Below, piece after piece: positions 31,746 through 40,799 of a stretch of DNA of 64,000 bases; positions within the stretch are counted from its first letter, which is position 1; every line of letters starts with the position of its first letter. Source of the DNA: Candidatus Latescibacterota bacterium (lineage in GTDB: Bacteria; Latescibacterota; UBA2968; UBA8231); the NCBI GenBank assembly GCA_965206595.1, contig OZ242214.1, positions 2,208,001-2,272,000 of the forward strand. Reading direction: 5' to 3'. Under the pieces are notes generated by a model. It searched no databases. It saw only the letters and a list, made by a program, of their open reading frames with translations, and was not told where the DNA came from. Both the position numbers and the translations under genes were made by a program.

Positions 31746-32523
31746 TCAGCCTCGGCTATTCACCTGGTCGCGCCAGGACACTGGTACGCGCATGCGGTCC
31801 CCGTTCTTGCTGTCGAAGAGCAGGAACCCTTTGTCGTGGCCGTGGCGGAATAGATCGCGAGTGAGCTGGACATCCTGCCGGCAGTACTCCTCGATGAGGT
31901 CGAGACGGCCCTGTTTCCACCAGTGCAGGGGCCTGAAGACCGTCGCCCGTTTTCACAGCGTTGAAGGTCGCTGCTGCCAGGCTGTCGAGGCTGACGCGGT
32001 AGTTCAGGTACGCGTGCACTTCGCGCAGGATGTCGAGGGTTTTCAGTTTGCGGAAGTCGTAGCGCGAGTAACCGCGCAACACCCTGTAGTCGAAGCCGAT
32101 GACGTTGAAACCGACTACGAGGTCGGCTCTCCGCAGCAAGCCGATCAGCTCATCTATCTGATCTTCGAAATAGGTGATGAAACGGGCCTCGCGGCTGTCC
32201 CAGGCGACACCGCAGGACACGCGCATAAGGCTCACATTGTTCCAGCCGCCCACCTCGTCGGCGCTGAGCTGGGTTTCGAGATCGAAGACCACCACGTGCG
32301 CACCCTCAACTGCCTCGAAGCGTCTCTCTCCTCGCCGGTGTCCATTCCGGAACTGCCAGTCCGGTAAGAAGGGAGGATCTTCTTCGATACCGCTCGCCGC
32401 GAGCCATTCGTTTTCGAGGGTGGGGGGCTCGGTAGGTATCTCGAGCAGGTGGATGTGGCCGCCCTTATCGTGGGGGCGATTACCGAGGCTGTGGCGTTGG
32501 GTGGGTTCCTTCTTGGTGGGCAT
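31746..32523 (-). CDS. RNase H-like 3'-5' exonuclease (RNase_H_2/YprB-like) with apparent +1 frameshift near 31930
   Basis: VFDLETQ, VGFNVIGFD, K.GDGLQA and EYCRQDV motifs. Confidence 0.82.
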
Positions 32524-32562
32524 GTCGCGCCTCCGGGGGATGGGTCGTGTGTGCAACCGGTG

Positions 32563-32596
32563 AACCTACCCCGGGGGTGCGACGGATCATGTCGCA
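32563..32596 (-). promoter_or_regulatory. WYL-box promoter 2
   Basis: aacctaccccgggggTGCGACGGATCATGTCGCA; 40 nt upstream of the exonuclease ATG; contains the upstream gene's TGA. Confidence 0.75.
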
Positions 32597-33450
32597 GGTG
32601 TCACATTAGTGCTCGGCGTCCTCTTCCGGGCCGGAAATCTCCCGGCCAGCGCTTTGCGGAAGTCGGCCACGAACCAGCGAACTTGCTCGGCTTTCACTCC
32701 ATCTTCTGCCCGCCTCAGCCAACCATTAGCCCATTCTCGGACCGATGCGTTGGCGAGCTGGCCTTTCTCCGCAAGCTCCTTGCGTTCCTCGCATGGAATA
32801 CTGTTCGGGGCAGGGTCTGTTGCATACGGGGTGAGGTAGATGAGCATGAAGTCCTCGCCATACCTCTCATGAAGCTCTTTGGCGTAAGCGCTGACCTGGT
32901 TGTCCAGGTCAGACGCGCCCATGGCCTTGCTCTCAATCCCAATCCCCACCGGCTCCGCCTTTCCCTCGACACGCATGGAGATCACGATATCGATCCTTTT
33001 CGAGGGGTCGATGTGAGTAGTCCGCGCTTCCCAGTAGACTTGCACATGTGACCAAGTAGAACCGTCCGGAAGAATCCGCTTCATTGCCGACTGCGTCTTT
33101 TGGTTCTCTCGCAAGTGGTTCAGAAAAGCGGTCAGAAACAGATCCTGTTGCCCGTGAGGTCCATCGGGATCGAGGAGGTAGGCGAATACATAGGACATCC
33201 GTTCCTCGGCTTTGATAGATTTGAAAAGGGCGATGGCGTAAAAATAGTTGAACTTCCTGGCCAAGTGGCGGTCAAGCTCAATTACGACTGGCCTTAGAAT
33301 GTCAAGACCTTGCCTAGCCCCATAGAAGAACCTCGGAGTCTCTCGTTTTAGCTTGGTAAGGCGGGGTTCCTGCAAACCTTTCAAAACTCTTTGGGCACCT
33401 TCGAAAAATCGTGGGATCTCTTGGTCGAAACTCGTGCCGCCCACTTTCAC
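32587..33450 (-). CDS. PD-(D/E)XK nuclease family protein (PDDEXK_4-like)
   Basis: E..MS...AYLLDP.G.HG, RIDIVI, IGIESK...D..NQ..AY and IYLTP motifs; GTGA overlap with the upstream gene. Confidence 0.85.
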   Translation of the reverse strand: MKVGGTSFDQEIPRFFEGAQRVLKGLQEPRLTKLKRETPRFFYGARQGLDILRPVVIELDRHLARKFNYFYAIALFKSIKAEERMSYVFAYLLDPDGPHGQQDLFLTAFLNHLRENQKTQSAMKRILPDGSTWSHVQVYWEARTTHIDPSKRIDIVISMRVEGKAEPVGIGIESKAMGASDLDNQVSAYAKELHERYGEDFMLIYLTPYATDPAPNSIPCEERKELAEKGQLANASVREWANGWLRRAEDGVKAEQVRWFVADFRKALAGRFPARKRTPSTNVTPAT

Positions 33451-34031
33451 TTCTCCAATCCCTTCGAAATGATCTCCGTGGAAAGGATCAATAACCTTGC
33501 AAATTCGTCGATCTTCTCGTTGTCGTGATGCAGCGTGCTTATGTCTCCCTTGTATCCCTTGGGATAGAACCACCAGAGCCATTCATAATACTTCTTAGGA
33601 TCGCTTTCTAGTTTCACGCCCTCAACCAGGAAACAAGAATCGAGAAGATCTTTATGTGGACATTCTGTGTTTGCTGAAGGTATTCCTACCCAAAAATCAT
33701 ATTTCTCATCCTTCTCACCACATTTCTGGAAAGCACAGACAAGGTGAATTTGGATCTCTCGCTTCTCCATGTTCATTTTGTAGATCGGTTTCTCTATACC
33801 CGACGACCCTTTTTCGAGAGAGACCTTTTGAACGTCTGATTTCCAAGGACGGTCGCTCTCCTTAAGTTTTTTCTCGACACTCTCTTTTAATTTCTTTACA
33901 AACGAAAGCAAGATTTTTTCCCGTAGTTCAATTTGCAACTGACCGATTGCAAGCGCGATTTCGGTATTGTCTTTGGTCTCTATGCAGTAACACACCAGCC
34001 AGTTTTTCTCTTCATCTGTAAATTCTTTCAT
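33447..34031 (-). CDS. Hypothetical protein coupled to the PD-(D/E)XK gene
   Basis: 194-aa low-GC ORF whose stop overlaps the next start. Confidence 0.7.
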   Translation of the reverse strand: MKEFTDEEKNWLVCYCIETKDNTEIALAIGQLQIELREKILLSFVKKLKESVEKKLKESDRPWKSDVQKVSLEKGSSGIEKPIYKMNMEKREIQIHLVCAFQKCGEKDEKYDFWVGIPSANTECPHKDLLDSCFLVEGVKLESDPKKYYEWLWWFYPKGYKGDISTLHHDNEKIDEFARLLILSTEIISKGLEK

Positions 34032-34077
34032 CTCTCTGTCCTTGTGTGAACCCCGTGGGGTAAGTGGCTACTCTACG

Positions 34078-34208
34078 GTAACCGTTCAGTTCCCTGGCAG
34101 CTTGGGGCCCGGGGGGCGGAATGGTTGCGGGCTGATATTAGCGAATGGCGGAGTGGGTTGAAGGCAGCAGCGAGGGCTCTGGCTGCTGAGACACGGCAGC
34201 CTGACAGG
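34078..34208 (-). mobile_element. IS66 end remnant of the same family as 16768..19862
   Basis: gtaaccgttcagttccctggcag... closely matches 16768-16898. Confidence 0.88.
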
Positions 34209-34705
34209 GCGACGGCGTTCACCAACTGTTCATGACGTTCGAACCGGATTTGCTCCGAAGCTACGGGTACGGTGTCCGTGTCCCTTCGCTGCAGGCATCG
34301 CCCGTCACTGGTAAGATGGATGTATCGAGTTCCTTTTTGCACGTCGAAGACCAGAACGGTCTCGTCCCTTACCGGTACCAGACGGGTTCTGACTCCGGGC
34401 AACGGAGTGTCCGCGTGGACATGGGTTTGGGGGGCGTTCCGTAGCACTTCCAGTTTGTCGTCCGCGTATTCGACCCCGGATACTGTCCCGTCGTCCTCGG
34501 CCCCGACGATCAACGTCCCTCCATCCGCATTGGCGAATGACACGAGAGTCTCGCCGATGTCTCTGGCTACCAGGCTCACCTGCCGCCGGCGCTTCCGTTC
34601 AGGTCCTTCGAGAGCGCTCTTGAACTCCCGGAAGTGACTTTCGCCAAGTGTGAGGTCATTCTCCAGGCGTTCCTGAACCAACAGTATCCGTGGGTCGCTG
34701 CTCAT
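34209..34705 (-). pseudogene. Schlafen/AlbA_2 domain protein, 3'-truncated by the IS66 remnant
   Basis: GESHFREFKS and SFANADGGTLIVGAEDDG motifs. Confidence 0.82.
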
Positions 34706-34819
34706 GTTCCGGGTCTTTCACTACCTGTATCGGCAGGATTTCCTGAGAAATGGCCAGGATTCTTCACTTGTTTGTTGACCACAGGGTCTTTGGTAGAGGC
34801 GTCTGGATCACCTTTATCA

Positions 34820-35752
34820 TCATGCCTCGGGCCCGGGTGAGCCCTTTGAAAAGATGTAGCCACCGAAACGGTTCTTCGCCTCGTCGACTTTGTGAATCCC
34901 TTGGTCGTACAGACCGTATCCGAAGAAGCTCGCCGTTGCGATGCGCAGGTCGGCCTTAGGACTGTCGGGGAGGGTGTCGAGCAAATCACGAAGTTTCGAA
35001 CTTTCAGGATCGTGGTTTGCTAACACCAGTAGAAGAATCGGCCTCTCTTCGCTGAAGCTACATAGATCCCTTTTACATTCGATGAGTTCCAAGCCTTGTT
35101 TCTGGTTGAAGACATTTACCATGTCCTCCTTCAAGTTCTCCACTTTGTCAGGATCTTCAAGATATTTGTTCACATCCCTAATGTGATTGTGGAGCCCCGC
35201 GGTGCCGGTCAGCGCGCCATCTCCGTGTTTCATCTCAACAAGAACGAGTCGCCGACCGTTTTCTTTCATACGCTCCGCCGTCGTCGATGGCCAGTGCACC
35301 GCAATCATGTCGAACCGCCCATTCTCGCTGGTGTATTCAATGTCGCAGATGTAGTAGTCCGTGGAATTTGCAATGCTCCCGAAGTTGTTGTCCCGCACGA
35401 TGAGTTGCTGGAACTCGCGTTCGTCCACTCGATGCTTTCCGAAATAGCGATCCATCGCCTGCTTGAGCATGGGCGACACCTTCAGCCATTTTTCGACGTC
35501 ATCCTTCTTTCGAATATCGCCGGCTGGGAGGCATTTAACCTTTCCGTATTCCTGATCGAAGAAGACGGTGTACTCCTTTGGGGATTTCTTCCCGACCTTC
35601 ATCAGACTACCACCCCGGTAGTAGATGTTGATTGACTTCCCCCTCAATTCAAGACAGAGGCTTGTGTCTGATCGAACCATCTTCGTCAGGTCAGCCAACA
35701 CTCCATCTTCGTCCTTCAGATCATTCAGAAAATCGCAATCAAGCCTGCGCAT
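34820..35752 (-). CDS. Hypothetical protein with PD-(D/E)XK-like motifs
   Basis: EREFQQ...DIEY...RFDMIAV...LVEMK pattern; N-terminal LELRG..INIYYRGG. Confidence 0.65.
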   Translation of the reverse strand: MRRLDCDFLNDLKDEDGVLADLTKMVRSDTSLCLELRGKSINIYYRGGSLMKVGKKSPKEYTVFFDQEYGKVKCLPAGDIRKKDDVEKWLKVSPMLKQAMDRYFGKHRVDEREFQQLIVRDNNFGSIANSTDYYICDIEYTSENGRFDMIAVHWPSTTAERMKENGRRLVLVEMKHGDGALTGTAGLHNHIRDVNKYLEDPDKVENLKEDMVNVFNQKQGLELIECKRDLCSFSEERPILLLVLANHDPESSKLRDLLDTLPDSPKADLRIATASFFGYGLYDQGIHKVDEAKNRFGGYIFSKGSPGPEA

Positions 35753-35779
35753 CTTTCCCTCCGTATTTGGTTTTAAGTT

Positions 35780-37027
35780 TTAGACATCCCACCAGACGCC
35801 GTCCTCCTGCAGAACGACATTGTCGAAAAACTCCGCGAACCGCCCCGTTTCGAACGAGTGGATGGGCACCAGCCGCCGCGGGGCGAGGGCGGCGGCGAAG
35901 CGTGCCAGGTCGGTCACCGAAGCATGCCCGGAGGTGTGAACGACCTGCCAGGGAATTCCTTTGTCTTCGAGCCAATTCGTGACTATCTGCGTGCTTCTCT
36001 CCTTCAAATAACCCTCCCACATTGAATAGGTGAGCCCGGCGCCGTCGAGCACTCCCCGAACGCCGTGATCCCTCATCATCATGGGGCGGAAGAGCATGAC
36101 GGCTCGTCCGCCCAGGCCGCGCAGGTCCTGCGGGAATATCCGGTTCGCTTTGTGCCGTCCGAGATCGTCGAACCGCTTTTCGTTCTTGATCAACACCCGC
36201 TGCCTGTACGGGATATAGAGATGCACCCCATCCCAATGAGACTGCGGGATGGTGTCCCTTCCCGTCCCTTCGAGGACCAAGGCGGCATAGAGATCGATGA
36301 GCAAGGCGCGGCCCGTCTGCCTGGCGGCGCGAAAGATCGTCACCATCCGGTCGATGTTCTGCGGTGAGGTCCAGACGAAGTGAAGGCCCTTCGTCTCCTT
36401 GAAAACCTTGACGAACTCCTTCTCAAGGTCGGTCTCGGTGGGGAACCCCTCGCTCCTCCCCGTCCTTCCGATCGTCGTTCCTTCCATCAGGAGAACGTCG
36501 ATCTCCCCGGGCGGACGTTCGATCACCGCCCCGATCAGCGATGCCTTGCGGCCGTGCGCGCGGAAGTCCCCGGAGTAGTAGACCCGCCTGCCGCCGGCCT
36601 CGACGAGCAGGGCGTAGGCGTCGAAGGCGCTGTGATCGACGAGATGGGGCGTGATGCGAAACGGGCCGATCTCCACCGGCGTCTCGTGAGAGATGAAACG
36701 AGGATTGTCGAAATCGTGGCCGTTCCGTACGAAGGGGCTTGCGGCCTTGAGAATGTTGTGTGCTGCCTCTCCGATGTAGACCGGGACCTCCGGGCGGATG
36801 TTTCGCGCCAGACCGTAGTGGTCCTGATGGGGATGCGAGATTACGACCCCCAGCAGGCTGTCGTCCGGTTCCCGGAAACCGGAAACCTGGGGAAGCAGAA
36901 TTTTGTGTTCTTCCTCGGGCGCGTCCAGGGGCAGGCCGACGTCGAGCACGACGCGCTTTCCTTGCACCTCGATCTCGATACAGGTGCCGCCGATCTCCTT
37001 GGTCCCCCGATGGATGCAAATTCTCAA
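35780..37027 (-). CDS. MBL-fold, RNase J-like (beta-CASP) hydrolase
   Basis: EIGGTCIE, SHPHQDH, VDHS, SGDFR.HG, HTSGHA and PIHS motifs. Confidence 0.9.
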   Translation of the reverse strand: MRICIHRGTKEIGGTCIEIEVQGKRVVLDVGLPLDAPEEEHKILLPQVSGFREPDDSLLGVVISHPHQDHYGLARNIRPEVPVYIGEAAHNILKAASPFVRNGHDFDNPRFISHETPVEIGPFRITPHLVDHSAFDAYALLVEAGGRRVYYSGDFRAHGRKASLIGAVIERPPGEIDVLLMEGTTIGRTGRSEGFPTETDLEKEFVKVFKETKGLHFVWTSPQNIDRMVTIFRAARQTGRALLIDLYAALVLEGTGRDTIPQSHWDGVHLYIPYRQRVLIKNEKRFDDLGRHKANRIFPQDLRGLGGRAVMLFRPMMMRDHGVRGVLDGAGLTYSMWEGYLKERSTQIVTNWLEDKGIPWQVVHTSGHASVTDLARFAAALAPRRLVPIHSFETGRFAEFFDNVVLQEDGVWWDV

Positions 37028-37151
37028 AATTAGTTTTCTCGCATGGATGAATGAATGAAATCAGGACTCCATCACGGGATCGATTTATGAGGAAATACGC
37101 CCCGAGTGACCTCCCCTTAGGAAGAGAAATCCGCTATGTCGGAGTTTCAAA

Positions 37152-37610
37152 TCAGCTTGATGATTCATGATCTTCCCGTTCATGCAGCGGCAACCGACCG
37201 ATCTCCCGTGGCCACGCCAAATTGGCGAGAAATTCCGGATCCTCGAAAAAAAATTCTCGCACCGTTGCTAGGAGTTCCTTATCGGCGTCTGCGACTTCGA
37301 GCTTACCCTCGGAGACGGCGAAAGTCTGTGAGTCTACCCAAAACAGAGTGTCGAGCGGAAAGTATCCAACTCTTCGGTCAATCAGGCCTATTAAAAGGTA
37401 CAGGGCTTCGTAAGTTGATGGGGTGATCCGGACATCTTCCAAGACGATATTGCCGTCCTCACCATAGGAGGAATCGGACAATTTAAACACAATGAGGGCC
37501 TCATCTACCGCCGGTTCGACTTCCGCTCTCTGCTCTTGTTGGCCCCTCGGCTCCTCTGGATCTTCGCAGACTACATGGCAAGCTACGGTAAAATAAATGC
37601 TGGTACACAT
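37152..37610 (-). CDS. Hypothetical acidic protein
   Basis: 152-aa ORF with AAGGAG RBS directly downstream of WYL-box 3. Confidence 0.6.
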   Translation of the reverse strand: MCTSIYFTVACHVVCEDPEEPRGQQEQRAEVEPAVDEALIVFKLSDSSYGEDGNIVLEDVRITPSTYEALYLLIGLIDRRVGYFPLDTLFWVDSQTFAVSEGKLEVADADKELLATVREFFFEDPEFLANLAWPREIGRLPLHEREDHESSS

Positions 37611-37637
37611 CTGATAGCTCCTTTATGGTAGGAGAGG

Positions 37638-37671
37638 AACCTATCAAATTGATGCGACAGATCATGTCGCA
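37638..37671 (-). promoter_or_regulatory. WYL-box promoter 3
   Basis: aacctatcaaattgaTGCGACAGATCATGTCGCA; perfect 7-bp arms; contains the WYL gene's TGA. Confidence 0.78.
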
Positions 37672-38636
37672 CCCCCGGCATCCAGCCCCAGAGCCGCCCG
37701 CATCTCCGCCCGGACCGCCTCCCGCAGCTCTTCCGGCCCCAGCACCTCGGCCGCGGCCCCGAAGCTCAGCACCCAACTCCTGATCTCGTAGAACCCGCCT
37801 GCCCGCAGCCGCAGCACCACCCGCCCGTCCGGCAGCTCCTCCAGCTCCTGGCTGGGGTGCCAGATCCTTTCCCTTATATATGGGGCCTGTTCCTCCGTAA
37901 ACCGGACCGCCACCTCCATCGGCTCCTCGTACGAAACCCCGAAAGCATCGCTCACCCGCTCGTCGATCGGCAGGTGGTCCGGCGGCTCGAACGTCTCCCC
38001 CGTTTCCTCTACCGCCTCGAAGCGCTCCACTGCCTGTGTGATCAGGCTGTCGTAGTAAGGCACCCGGGAGATCACGTACAGCCCGCCCCGGTAGTGCAGG
38101 AGGCGCAGCGGTTCGATCTCGTACTTCCTTGCGTTCTCCGCCGCGGGGGAGCGGTAACTCACCCGGCAGACGCGGCGCTCGAGAATGGCATCGTGCAGTT
38201 TCTCGAGCAGTTCCCGGGCCTCCTCGTACGGCTTGTGCCCGCGTGCCAGCGGCACGTAGGCCTCGGCGGCCCGCTCGAAGAATCGCCGCCCCTCTTGGGG
38301 CATCGTCTCGGTCAGCCTGCGAACGGCCGAGCGCAGATGCTCTCCGAACGGGGTTCCCACCAGCCCCAGGCCGGCTCGCTCGGCGAAGATCATGGCCGCG
38401 ACCTCCATGACCGGAAAGTTCAGCGGCATCCCGGTCTCCTTCAGCAACTGGTAGTAGACGCGACTGTTGCGGCGTTTTTCCCCCAGTATGAACCCAGCCT
38501 CGCGCAGGTCATTCAGGTCTCGTTGCACGGTGCGCACAGTTACATCGTATTCATCCGCAAGCTGGTGTACGGTCATACCGTAGCGCCGGGCCTGCAGAGT
38601 CCGCAGGATGTCGAGCTGCCTAACAATCTGTCTCAT
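37662..38636 (-). CDS. HTH-WYL-WCX transcriptional regulator (PafB/DriD-like)
   Basis: wHTH LADEYDVTVRTVQRDLNDL; WYL region IEPLRLLHYRGGLYV; WCX region WHPSQ...WVLSFGAAAEVLGPEELR. Confidence 0.93.
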   Translation of the reverse strand: MRQIVRQLDILRTLQARRYGMTVHQLADEYDVTVRTVQRDLNDLREAGFILGEKRRNSRVYYQLLKETGMPLNFPVMEVAAMIFAERAGLGLVGTPFGEHLRSAVRRLTETMPQEGRRFFERAAEAYVPLARGHKPYEEARELLEKLHDAILERRVCRVSYRSPAAENARKYEIEPLRLLHYRGGLYVISRVPYYDSLITQAVERFEAVEETGETFEPPDHLPIDERVSDAFGVSYEEPMEVAVRFTEEQAPYIRERIWHPSQELEELPDGRVVLRLRAGGFYEIRSWVLSFGAAAEVLGPEELREAVRAEMRAALGLDAGGAT

Positions 38637-38831
38637 CGGGTCAACCAGTTTCTGTCAGGGGAGCCGAAGCCATGCGGCGATGGTCTGCGAAGCCCGGTGG
38701 GAGGCGGGCTTTGGTTGGAAGGGGGTTACCCGCGGTTACTCGGTGTTCCCCTCGATTGGATCAGCGGGTCCGTCCAACCGTGAACCGCCGGCTCTCTGAC
38801 CAGCCGCAGGGCACGGGGTCGCTGAATCCGC

Positions 38832-39713
38832 TCAGGAGCCCGCCCGGTGCTTCTGCGCCATCGCCATGTAGTCGGGCCGCACCGGCCAGAACACGTCCAC
38901 CACGTCGACGCCCCCGGGGCTTATGCTGGCGGCGTGCACCATCCCTCCCGGCTGCAGGATCACGTCGAGGTCCTTCATCGGCAGCCAGTCGTCGATGATC
39001 CCCTCCTCCATCTCCCCCTGCAGGACCATCATCAGCTGGTCCTCCGGGTGAAAGTGGTGGGGGAAGGAGGAGCCGCCGTCCATGCGGATGAAGCTGAGCA
39101 TGAAGTTGCGGCTCCACATCAGGGTGGTATGGGCGGTGGGGGGCTGCGATTCCCGCCCCGGCATGATCACCGGCTGCCGCGGGATATCCTCGAACCGGTA
39201 GACCACTCCGGCCTGCAGCGACGGCTCCACACCCTGGTCGGGAAAACCGACGTTGGCCTCATCCGGCAATCTGGTGCCGGCCAGGGCGAGGTGGTCGGCG
39301 AGCACGGGGGAAAACACCTCCATGGCGACGAAGCCGTCGGTGCCGGCGCGCAGGGTCCGGCGCATTCCCTCTGTCAGGTACAGGAACGACCTGCCGCTCA
39401 GCTCGACTTGCCTTCCGCCGATCTCACAGGTGGCCGAGCCGCCCTGCACCGCGGTGATGAGCTCTCCGGGCAGGGTCTGTTCCGGGTAGACGGCGCCGGG
39501 CTCCATCTCGAGCCATTCCAGCAGGGTGCCGCGTCCCCAGGAGACGGATGCCCTCACCCCGTCGGCGATGGCGATGGCCGGCAGATCGGCGGTGGCGTAC
39601 ACCTTGCCCGCCTCCATGGCGACCGCAACTTCCGGCTCCGGAACCTGGCGTTCGCGGCTGGCCAATCCATTTTCGGCGATGTAGCGGGCATTGCGGCCGG
39701 CCCATGCTTCCAT
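38832..39713 (-). CDS. Bicupin domain protein
   Basis: FPHHFHPEDQ...PGGMVHA...DVFWPVRPDY in the C-terminal cupin; degenerate N-terminal cupin. Confidence 0.8.
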   Translation of the reverse strand: MEAWAGRNARYIAENGLASRERQVPEPEVAVAMEAGKVYATADLPAIAIADGVRASVSWGRGTLLEWLEMEPGAVYPEQTLPGELITAVQGGSATCEIGGRQVELSGRSFLYLTEGMRRTLRAGTDGFVAMEVFSPVLADHLALAGTRLPDEANVGFPDQGVEPSLQAGVVYRFEDIPRQPVIMPGRESQPPTAHTTLMWSRNFMLSFIRMDGGSSFPHHFHPEDQLMMVLQGEMEEGIIDDWLPMKDLDVILQPGGMVHAASISPGGVDVVDVFWPVRPDYMAMAQKHRAGS

Positions 39714-39899
39714 GTCCCGCTCCTTCTTTGGTTTGGTATTTGTGTCGCGTCCCAGGGATCCCTTGCAAATTCCGGCGCCGATTCCAGGGCCGGATCTTTC
39801 AAGTTCCGTAGGACGCGACCCTGGTGATGTCCCGGATCAGCGAAACCGAGGCCACGGCATCTTCCCGGACCTCCCGGATTCAACGGCCCCCTGCAGCAT

Positions 39900-40664
39900 T
39901 CACTGAAGGTCCTCCAGAGCCTTGGCGTAGCGCGGCCGGAAATGCATGCGGCGGAAGCCGAGGCGCCGGTAGATCCTCTCGGCGGGGCTTTCGCATTCGA
40001 CCTCGAGGGTGGTCCAGCGGTTTCCCAGGGCCTTTGAATCGGCGACGGCGCGCGCGACCGTTGCAGAGGCTACGCCGCAACGGCGGTGCTCCGGCAGGGT
40101 GCCGACGGCGTCTATGTAGCCGATGCCGTTGCGCGAATACATCAGCGCGGTGCCGGCCGGTTTCCCCTTTCTCAGGGCGAGGTAGAAGAGGACCTCCGGA
40201 ACGTCGAGCACCCAACGGCCTGCCTCCCCGGCTTCCGGGGGATTGCCGAAACAGGTGCACATGATCTCCGCCCAGGTGTCGTAATCCACGGCGCCGGCAA
40301 CCTCCACCTCGACCTCCTCTGCGGCAACAGGCCCGGCCGGCTGGTCGCAGAGCATCGCCACCGGCAGCAGCGCCAGCTCGAACCCCCTTTGCCGCAGCCG
40401 TTCCGCCATGTCGGCAGGCCGGTCCAGCGGTGAGAGGGTGAAGAGGCAGTCGTACACCTTCTCCCGGAAAAACTCGAGGGCGTCGTCGATCAGCCGGTCC
40501 ACTCTCTCGGCAGGCACGTCGACCTGGACGACGCGGTGGAACATGACCGCCTTCACCTCGTCGTGGCTGTAGGCGCAGGCGCCGCCGAGGTCGGTGCTGT
40601 CGCACCAGCGGGCGCGGAAGTCGTTCCAGTGGTTCTCGAAGATCCTAGTGAATTCGTCGGTCAA
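39900..40664 (-). CDS. GNAT family N-acetyltransferase
   Basis: VGTLPEHRRCGVA and IYRRLGF motifs; GGGAG before TTG 40664. Confidence 0.85.
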   Translation of the reverse strand: MTDEFTRIFENHWNDFRARWCDSTDLGGACAYSHDEVKAVMFHRVVQVDVPAERVDRLIDDALEFFREKVYDCLFTLSPLDRPADMAERLRQRGFELALLPVAMLCDQPAGPVAAEEVEVEVAGAVDYDTWAEIMCTCFGNPPEAGEAGRWVLDVPEVLFYLALRKGKPAGTALMYSRNGIGYIDAVGTLPEHRRCGVASATVARAVADSKALGNRWTTLEVECESPAERIYRRLGFRRMHFRPRYAKALEDLQ

Positions 40665-40799
40665 CCGATATCTCCCATAACAGTCCGGATGGACTTTTTC
40701 GAGGTGCTGACAGGTTGCGTTGTCCAAGGACTGCCGGCCAAGTACCGTATCGGCAACGATAGCCTTTCCCGCGACTCGCAGAAACCTGGACGCATTCTC

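Noticed and set aside
31512-37671. The palindromic boxes as integron attC sites or terminators
   Set aside because: They lack RYYYAAC/GTTRRRY ends, a U-tract and a nearby integrase; the fixed spacing to a TAnnnT box upstream of start codons fits a promoter better.
30996-38740. GGGGTTACCCC / CGTGGGGTAA-like short motifs near 31000, 34055 and 38725 as a second operator
   Set aside because: Short, inconsistent in orientation and spacing, and could arise by chance in GC-rich DNA.
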